Shown piece after piece: positions 9,416 through 16,444 of a stretch of 64,000 bases of DNA. Within the stretch, counting starts at the first letter, position 1. Each line of letters opens with the position of its first letter. The position numbers were made by a program, and so were the translations under genes. The stretch comes from Bdellovibrionales bacterium RIFOXYD12_FULL_39_22. Lineage in GTDB: Bacteria; Bdellovibrionota; Bacteriovoracia; Bacteriovoracales; Bacteriovoracaceae. Below the pieces are notes generated by a model. The model made no database searches. It was not told the DNA's origin and saw only the letters and a list, made by a program, of their open reading frames with translations. The stretch is taken from the NCBI GenBank assembly GCA_001770205.1, contig MEQL01000051.1, forward strand, positions 1 to 64,000. The letters run 5' to 3'.

Positions 9416-10636
9416 ATGCTCCAACACAATTTTAAGCTCGTCTATTTTCTTGATGCACTTTTTTTTGCACTAATGACGGGAGCTGGAGAAGTTTATTTTA
9501 GCGCCTATGCTTTGCGCCTCGGACACTCTGAATTACAGGCCAGTCTTCTGGCAACAGTACCATTTGTTATTGGTGGACTTCTGCAAGCTGTGGCACCTAT
9601 AGGCTTAGCTAAAATTAAATCATATCGCACCTGGGCAGTTTTATGTGCATTTTCACAGGCAGTATTATTTCTTCCTCTGGTTTTCTTTCAATCTTTTTTA
9701 CAAAACAATTACAGTGTTCTGTTTTTGGTTGTAACAATGTATCACATCTTTGGCCTAACAATTTCTCCGGCCTGGGTCACTTGGCTTTCTAGATTGATAG
9801 ACAAAGAAAAAACAGCACTATTTTTTAGTGTTCGCAATAGTATTACCTCGTTTTTCATGCTGGCCGGGATTGTGGCCGTTGGTGTGCTATTACAATACGG
9901 TAAATTACAAAATATCGATTTGAAAATTTTCCAAATCGTTTTTTTTGCATGCTTTTTATTTCGAGCAATTTCTACCTTTATGCTCTTTAAACATCCTTCT
10001 GTGGAGTTTAGCGATGAGAAGAAGACCTTTCGGCAGGTGCTTTTTTTAAAAATTCCAAATGATTTTTTGAAAAAAATTACTTCATTTACAGTAATTTTTA
10101 AAGCAGGTGTTTTTATTTCTGCGGGTTTCTTTGCGCCCTACATGTTGAAGGTTCTGAAATTTTCCTATTTCGAGTACATGATAATAATTGCTTCCTCTTT
10201 TTTTGGAAGAATTATTTTTTTACAAATATTTCGCAAATATTTCTCTAACGTTGATAGAAGACGGGTCTATTTGCTATCGGCGGTAGGCATCTCGATAATT
10301 CCAGCACTATGGACTCTATCTACCAGCATAAAATATCTTTTTATACTCGAACTGCTGACAGGAATTTTTTGGGGTGCACACGAATTGTCATTTTTTCTTA
10401 TTGTCTTCAAAGAAGCAAAAGATGATTTTAAAACATCTTTTATGAGTTACTTCAATTTTTACCATACAATTGCTATTGGAATTGGAGTAGGGGTGGGAGT
10501 AATTATATTTAATTTTTTAGAAAATCAAGGCACTCCATCGTATGTCTATATTACTATCTTTCTAACTTCATCCCTTATACGTTTGGGGTCGTTTTTACTT
10601 TTTCCATCCAAAAACCTAAACCTAACATCAAAATAA
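9416..10636 (+). CDS. MFS transporter
   Basis: 406 aa with about 12 hydrophobic segments. Confidence 0.85.
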   Translation: MLQHNFKLVYFLDALFFALMTGAGEVYFSAYALRLGHSELQASLLATVPFVIGGLLQAVAPIGLAKIKSYRTWAVLCAFSQAVLFLPLVFFQSFLQNNYSVLFLVVTMYHIFGLTISPAWVTWLSRLIDKEKTALFFSVRNSITSFFMLAGIVAVGVLLQYGKLQNIDLKIFQIVFFACFLFRAISTFMLFKHPSVEFSDEKKTFRQVLFLKIPNDFLKKITSFTVIFKAGVFISAGFFAPYMLKVLKFSYFEYMIIIASSFFGRIIFLQIFRKYFSNVDRRRVYLLSAVGISIIPALWTLSTSIKYLFILELLTGIFWGAHELSFFLIVFKEAKDDFKTSFMSYFNFYHTIAIGIGVGVGVIIFNFLENQGTPSYVYITIFLTSSLIRLGSFLLFPSKNLNLTSK

Positions 10637-10641
10637 TTAAG

Positions 10642-10683
10642 ATAAGCTATGAGGTATAATTCCTATTATACCTCATAGCTTAT
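10642..10683. terminator. long hairpin between convergent genes (probable bidirectional terminator)
   Basis: Perfect 19-bp inverted repeat ATAAGCTATGAGGTATAAT-TCCT-ATTATACCTCATAGCTTAT. Confidence 0.75.
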
Positions 10684-12488
10684 TCGTCTTTCAAAAATAG
10701 ATTTGGCAAAAAATATCCAGACGAAATCTTCCGCCGGCCAATGATTGGGCCAACTGATGCCTGTAATATTCTCTGTCCCACTTCTGCAGAATCCATTTCG
10801 GGATTTTTTGCCAACATTATTGCCGCATAGGCCGCAATAATTGGTGTAGCATAACTAGTTCCGGAAGCGCCTACCAGCGAATCTCCGCCATCATAAAGAT
10901 ATAAGTTCTCGCTATAAGTTGCAGTTTTGATTATTTTCCCGAAAGCACGTGTTAAGATGGCATTTTCACTAATTCCACTTATTGATAAAACATTAGGCAA
11001 ATTTGCCGGAAACTCTTTCTCCAAATCTTGATTGCGTGCAATATCATTAGATGAGGCTCCCAATATAATTACCCCTTGAGCAAAGGCCCGATCGATAGCA
11101 TTTTGTAGATAGGTTCGAGACTTCTCATAGTCGCCATCAATGAATTTAAAAAAAGTTCGATAAGTTTCACTTATTCCAAAAGACATGTTAATAACTCTGG
11201 CCCCACGCAAAACAGCATAATCGATAGCGTCCGCAACGCGCTTAAAATATAAGTCATCCGATTTCCCATCAAAAGAATCAACTGTTATGGGTAGGATTTT
11301 TATAGGATGTGGCCTAGTCTCATCATAAGCAGAAATCAGTGCTACCATTGAAGCAACTCTAGTTTCGTGCAATCCATTGGCCGAATTATGTGTGCCGTAA
11401 TTAGTGCCATTTCCTAAAAACAGATTTAATCCGTTATAATCATCAACATAACCGTTACCATCATCATCAAAACTGTTGTCGGGAATTTCTTTTTTATTTT
11501 GGTCAATCATACCAAGAAAATTTGCTGGATTAATTTCTGCGCCAACTATGGCCACGGTTTGCGAGCGAACTCGACCATCTAAAACGGATTGATGACTCCA
11601 TTGTAATTTATCTAGCACTCCCCTATTTTGTTCTTCCATTTTTTTTTGCCAAGTAGAAGAATCTTTAAGTTGTCCGTCTATATCATTGGCCTGAGCATAG
11701 GCCTGAGGAGAGTTGCAAATTGGTGAGACGATCGGCAATTTTTCAAATTTTTTAGTGGCATGATTAAAAACATTAGAACTTTGCCAATTAAAACATTTTA
11801 ATGCCTTCTCCTGGCCCATTCCTTGAGGGGTACTAATCAGTGGAATATCTTCGATCTTGTAGACACAGGAGATAAATTCTAAAGACGTGTTTGTTGCAGA
11901 TTCAGCTTCTTCATAGTAACTGGCCGAGCCAGGCGTATCCCTAACATAGAGAACTGGGACCAACGGCAATTTTTGATAATACAGTGATTCGCTATCTTCG
12001 GAATAAGAACCAGCAACACTGTTCCAACGATAGAGATCATGACGAGTATGTGAAGGTTTTGTAATCAACCATGAATTGTATAGTGGATCAACATCAATGG
12101 AATCAATCACCATTTGTGGATGGATAAACTTAACATTTTGTCGTCCAAAAAACTCGCGAACCGTCCCAAAATGAAAAGAATCTTTAGTACTCTCCCACAT
12201 ACAACCCCTAATAAATTGCACAATACCAAACTTTAACAAATTATCCACGGAGTCAGTGGTATACCTTAGGTAGACGCGAGACTTAAGATTGCGTCCAAAA
12301 CTACCTTGAATATCTAAATCCTTAACTAAAATTTCAAAACTTTTAAGAGAACAACTCTGAGTTATCTGACAATTTTGATTTTGATAGATTTCACTTTGTC
12401 TAATTGTCTCGTAGGTTTTTGCCAAAAGGAAGGAAGAAAAAGAAAAAAAAGTAGCGATAAATATAATTTTTTTCACAATGAAAAACAT
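10680..12488 (-). CDS. secreted S8 (subtilisin-like) protein with uncharacterised N-terminal domain
   Basis: Signal peptide; DDDGNGYVDD insert, HETRVAS, INMSFG, GTSYATP. The triad Asp position is Gly. Confidence 0.8.
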   Translation of the reverse strand: MFFIVKKIIFIATFFSFSSFLLAKTYETIRQSEIYQNQNCQITQSCSLKSFEILVKDLDIQGSFGRNLKSRVYLRYTTDSVDNLLKFGIVQFIRGCMWESTKDSFHFGTVREFFGRQNVKFIHPQMVIDSIDVDPLYNSWLITKPSHTRHDLYRWNSVAGSYSEDSESLYYQKLPLVPVLYVRDTPGSASYYEEAESATNTSLEFISCVYKIEDIPLISTPQGMGQEKALKCFNWQSSNVFNHATKKFEKLPIVSPICNSPQAYAQANDIDGQLKDSSTWQKKMEEQNRGVLDKLQWSHQSVLDGRVRSQTVAIVGAEINPANFLGMIDQNKKEIPDNSFDDDGNGYVDDYNGLNLFLGNGTNYGTHNSANGLHETRVASMVALISAYDETRPHPIKILPITVDSFDGKSDDLYFKRVADAIDYAVLRGARVINMSFGISETYRTFFKFIDGDYEKSRTYLQNAIDRAFAQGVIILGASSNDIARNQDLEKEFPANLPNVLSISGISENAILTRAFGKIIKTATYSENLYLYDGGDSLVGASGTSYATPIIAAYAAIMLAKNPEMDSAEVGQRILQASVGPIIGRRKISSGYFLPNLFLKDE

Positions 12489-12605
12489 CAGTTGATGCTA
12501 ACATTTTATAAAAACAGTGTCCTACAAAAATTTGCTAAGACATATTTTGTTAGAACAATAAAATCTTGTTAAGTTTGTTGCTTGTAATACCGATCTCTTC
12601 TTCAC

Positions 12606-13313
12606 ATGAAACAAGTTTTAGATGAAAAAAAATTTGAAGCGGAAATGGCCAATATCGGAATGGCCTCATTGTCAGTAATACATGAGATAAAAAATCCAGT
12701 AACACTAATTCACGGTTATGCGGAGATGCTTAGAGAAGGTAATTTACCAGCAGAAAAAGTGGCAAAGCTGGGAGAAAAAATTGAAAAATCTGCTCTTAAA
12801 ATTTTGGACATCATCGCCAGCGTTCGCGCTCTAATTAAAAACGAGCATAGCACAAATGAGCAGATAAAAATCTCAGAGATAATTGCCGAAGTCAGTGGCC
12901 AATTGCATTCAAAAATAATCGCTGAAAAAATTAAATTAACTACTGAGAATGATCTCAATATCTCTGGAAATAAAACCCAAATCTATCAAGTTTTTTATAA
13001 TCTTATAAATAACGCTATCGATGCCATTGCGCCTCTTTCGGAAAAATGGATAAAAATTAGTTGTCAGCAAAATGGCCCCAAAGATCTTGCTATTTATATT
13101 ATTGATTCTGGAAAAATCGATCCATCCATAATTGATAAAATCTTTCTTCCTCTTTTTTCTACCAAATTATCTTCTGGAAAAGGGACAGGAATTGGCCTTT
13201 ATCTGGTAAAGCGCATTGTAGAATCACATGGTGGCACTGTTGGGGTGGATAAATCGGCCGCCAACACCACTTTTGTTATTCGACTCATTTCCGACCAGGA
13301 TGGTCGGCTTTAG
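12606..13313 (+). CDS. histidine kinase without sensor domain (HisKA-HATPase)
   Basis: IHEIKNP at about residue 26, NLINNAIDA, GTGIGLY; no TM or sensor domain. Confidence 0.85.
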   Translation: MKQVLDEKKFEAEMANIGMASLSVIHEIKNPVTLIHGYAEMLREGNLPAEKVAKLGEKIEKSALKILDIIASVRALIKNEHSTNEQIKISEIIAEVSGQLHSKIIAEKIKLTTENDLNISGNKTQIYQVFYNLINNAIDAIAPLSEKWIKISCQQNGPKDLAIYIIDSGKIDPSIIDKIFLPLFSTKLSSGKGTGIGLYLVKRIVESHGGTVGVDKSAANTTFVIRLISDQDGRL

Positions 13314-13350
13314 ATAAGCACTTAATTCCCCTCTGCAAAATTACTTTCAT

Positions 13351-13378
13351 CTCGTAGATAATAAAGATTATATGAGAA
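13351..13378. other. dif-like tyrosine-recombinase crossover/binding site
   Basis: CTCGTAGATAA-TAAAGA-TTATATGAGAA: 11-6-11 layout with the inner ATAA/TTAT of dif sites, 7/11 arm symmetry, overlapping the recombinase ATG. Confidence 0.55.
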
Positions 13379-14379
13379 GCAAAGAAGTGATTGAATATCA
13401 GATTACTAAAAATGATCGACAAGCTGATTTTCAACTAATAGATAACAATCAAGAAGCACAAAAACTTGATTATGAATTTTTTAAAAATTTCCCCTCTTTG
13501 CATACACAAAAATCATATCGTAATGACATAAAGCAATTTTTAAAATTTCTAGCTACCAATTTTCCTATCGTTCAAAATATTGCGCAGACAGAAAAATTTC
13601 ATTTAGTAGCATATCGAAATTGGTTAGAAGATCAAGCACACTTTGCCCCCAAATCAATCAACCGAAAATTGGCGGCCGTCTCCAGTTATTTTGATTTTTT
13701 ATGTGAAAAAGGATTTGTCGAACACAATCCATGCGAGAATATTCGCCGACCTCGCCAAGAAGTAGTCACCGAGACCAACGATCTATCTGACGATGAAGTT
13801 CGAGAACTTTTTCGAGTAGTTGATGAAAAGGCCTCTCCCCTGCATCGAGCAATAATCTACCTATTCTTTTCTACTGGAATTCGTAAATCTGAGTTAATAA
13901 ATCTGAAGTTGAAAGATTATAAAAGTATCGATGGCCATAAAATTATAAACATCAAGGCCAAAGGTGGTAAATATCTACAAAAAGTTATTCACCCAACATG
14001 TGATGAAGTTTTACAGGAATATCTAAGCTGGATGCATAACAGCGGAAAAGATCTAGAAGATGATGATTGGATCTTTCGCCCAACTAAAAATCCTTCGGGA
14101 CATCATGCTTCCTTAGATAAAACACTACGCCCAAAATCTGTTGATTATATTGTTGCCAAATATGCTAAGATGGCCGGAATTAGCAAACGCATCTCCCCTC
14201 ACTCTGCGCGCGCTACTTATATTGGTTCAGCGTTAGAAAATGGAGAAGATTTATTTCGCGTTTCTCAAGATGTTGGACACGCTAGTGTCAAAACTACCCA
14301 GGAATATAATAAACGGCGAGCAAAACTTAAAGAGTCCCCGGCCTATAATTTGGCATTCCTTGATAAAAAAATTGCGTAA
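13372..14379 (+). CDS. XerC/XerD-like tyrosine recombinase
   Basis: N-terminal SAM-like domain (SINRKLAAVSSYFDFL); catalytic residues TGIRKSEL, KGGK, HSAR, GHAS, TQEY all intact. Confidence 0.92.
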   Translation: MRSKEVIEYQITKNDRQADFQLIDNNQEAQKLDYEFFKNFPSLHTQKSYRNDIKQFLKFLATNFPIVQNIAQTEKFHLVAYRNWLEDQAHFAPKSINRKLAAVSSYFDFLCEKGFVEHNPCENIRRPRQEVVTETNDLSDDEVRELFRVVDEKASPLHRAIIYLFFSTGIRKSELINLKLKDYKSIDGHKIINIKAKGGKYLQKVIHPTCDEVLQEYLSWMHNSGKDLEDDDWIFRPTKNPSGHHASLDKTLRPKSVDYIVAKYAKMAGISKRISPHSARATYIGSALENGEDLFRVSQDVGHASVKTTQEYNKRRAKLKESPAYNLAFLDKKIA

Positions 14380-14473
14380 TTTTTTCATTAAAGTTAATTT
14401 TTTGTTGCCACTTGACTCCATTATGACGTAATTGCACACCATGTTGATCTTTCCATCAAACAAGGAGTTTCCT

Positions 14474-14749
14474 ATGAAAACAAGTGGATTATCTTTACTT
14501 TTGGCCTCTTTTTTACTTTTTGCCCCGGCAATTCTCCAAGCTGCCGACTATGGCAGTTGTGAAGAAATGGTTTGTAAAACCATTGGATATGATTTCGGTG
14601 ATAGTTACTCTTTTGCTTTTCCTAAACAGTGCTACGAAAAATTAGAGTGCAAAATTATGGAATGGGACGAGTTAACTGAAGAGTGTGTAGCTACCGATAG
14701 TCGCTTAATTTATCAACCCATTCAATGTCGAGATATTCCGCCAATGTAG
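14474..14749 (+). CDS. small secreted Cys-rich hypothetical protein
   Basis: RBS AAGGAG, ATG 14474, signal peptide, six Cys in the ~68-aa mature part. Confidence 0.75.
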   Translation: MKTSGLSLLLASFLLFAPAILQAADYGSCEEMVCKTIGYDFGDSYSFAFPKQCYEKLECKIMEWDELTEECVATDSRLIYQPIQCRDIPPM

Positions 14750-14757
14750 ATATCAGA

Positions 14758-15414
14758 TCATGGCCCTGGAAGTAGTGCTATATCGAGTTTTTTATAGTGA
14801 TCTAAAACATTAGCTGAAAGCAACAGTGGGCCACTGACCTCTAGGCCAAATCTTCCTCCCAAACCGGCCCAGGCGAGCGAGGTGGCCAATACTTGATCTT
14901 TTTTTATTGCATTAGAACGTAATAGTGCCTTGCCGTTAATTACAATTAGTTCCATCTCCTCAAACATAGGAGAACTGACTACCACAAAATCTGAAGATTT
15001 ACCTCCCACGTATCCCGGGCCGGCCTGCACCACGATGAGCCTTTGAGAGATAAATTCACGTTGCGGAGAAATCCAACGAGCACTGCCACGAACCAGAGTA
15101 AAATTTTGTAAATTCTCCGCAGTTTTCTCTAACGAAATCGCTGGTGAATTAATAGATAATAGCGATAACGGGCCTATCACCAAAAAAGTTTCATCTGCTG
15201 GTAGATATATTTTTATGATTGAATCAACATCAGTTCCAATAGAACCACTGTAAGGGATTTTGTCTCCTAAAACCAATACTCGCTGGCCGTACGTTGCGAC
15301 TCCTTTGATAGCAACTACTTCCCCATAATAATCTGTAGCAAATCCCAAGGTGTAGGAAATAAAATTTAAAATAAAAACAAAGAAAAATAAAAAAATATTT
15401 CTATTGAATCTCAT
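14758..15414 (-). CDS. secreted FecR-domain-like protein
   Basis: Signal/TM segment followed by LGDKI..IGTDVDS..FLVIGPLS..LVRGSARW..GGKSSDFVV (degenerate GVRGTxF). Probable start 15414. Confidence 0.6.
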   Translation of the reverse strand: MRFNRNIFLFFFVFILNFISYTLGFATDYYGEVVAIKGVATYGQRVLVLGDKIPYSGSIGTDVDSIIKIYLPADETFLVIGPLSLLSINSPAISLEKTAENLQNFTLVRGSARWISPQREFISQRLIVVQAGPGYVGGKSSDFVVVSSPMFEEMELIVINGKALLRSNAIKKDQVLATSLAWAGLGGRFGLEVSGPLLLSANVLDHYKKLDIALLPGP

Positions 15415-16444
15415 GCCTATACTCCAAAGAAAATTTTGTAATTGCTTCATAATCATTGAGGTCGTGAGTCACCGCGGCTTCTACACTCGGAGAAAGATAA
15501 GACGCTACATCATAAAAAAAACACAATTTTGATTTTGAAAGAAAATTGAATCCAATTCCCATCCCAAAGGTTGAAGCGATCAACTCTCCATAATTATCAC
15601 TCTTGATTCCCTTCTCATCCAACAAACCAATCCGTTCTCCCGATGAACCACGAACAAATAAACTTAAAGCATTATGTTGATAATCGGCCGTCCAGTCAAA
15701 AACTTGATAGCTACCACTAGTATCAAGAGAATTTGCAGTTAAAATATTATGCAGTTTTAGCGAAATTTCCAAAAGATCGGTGTTAAAAAAAACAGGTCCG
15801 ACTTTGGCCTTCACATACGGTGTCATCTGCCAATTAATAAGGCCCAGATCATTTATTATTGGGTAAAAGAAATATAACCCGACCACCACTGGCCGATATA
15901 TCGCATAATCCCAATTCGAGATAAAAAGAGTACCGCTGTTAATATTGCTAGAGGGATAGGTCATTTGTCGTACTCCCACACTGTAATTAAATTTTTTGCC
16001 AAAAAAAGAGTATAGAATAAGAAGATCCAAACGAGTTTCCGATCCTTCATCCGTTCGTAGATAGGTGTGAAAATAGTCCAATTTAAAATCTAAAAGAGTA
16101 CGAGGCCTATCTGTTTGTCGTTTCCATCGCTGCACCCAAAGCGAAAAATCAGAGCCTAATGACTTATCTGCTTGCGTATCATAAAGAGAAAGTTGAAATG
16201 AAGAAATAATAGAGTACTGAATTTTAAGCGGTAAAGGATCGGGAAATTTTTTTTTCAACCAATAGTCTACATCTTTTGCCCTACCAATATTTTCCTCCTC
16301 ACTGAAAACAGTATTAGTAGGCGGGTAATAATTTAGTGGAAAATAATTACTACCATAGGGGATAAAAAACGACTCCTCACTACCACATAGATTACTTATT
16401 GTAAGTACCGTGCAGAGAACGACAATTATCCCTATCCTTATCAA
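15401..16444 (-). CDS. hypothetical exported protein, probable outer-membrane beta-barrel
   Basis: Signal-like N-terminus, aromatic-rich alternating strands, C-terminal FSLEYRH; TTG start overlaps the upstream TGA. Confidence 0.55.
   Translation of the reverse strand: MIRIGIIVVLCTVLTISNLCGSEESFFIPYGSNYFPLNYYPPTNTVFSEEENIGRAKDVDYWLKKKFPDPLPLKIQYSIISSFQLSLYDTQADKSLGSDFSLWVQRWKRQTDRPRTLLDFKLDYFHTYLRTDEGSETRLDLLILYSFFGKKFNYSVGVRQMTYPSSNINSGTLFISNWDYAIYRPVVVGLYFFYPIINDLGLINWQMTPYVKAKVGPVFFNTDLLEISLKLHNILTANSLDTSGSYQVFDWTADYQHNALSLFVRGSSGERIGLLDEKGIKSDNYGELIASTFGMGIGFNFLSKSKLCFFYDVASYLSPSVEAAVTHDLNDYEAITKFSLEYRHEIQ

Noticed and set aside
13372..14749. Integron integrase or prophage/ICE integrase interpretation
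   Set aside because: No IntI-specific insertion, no attC-like array, and no tRNA, flanking att repeats, or phage/conjugation genes seen.
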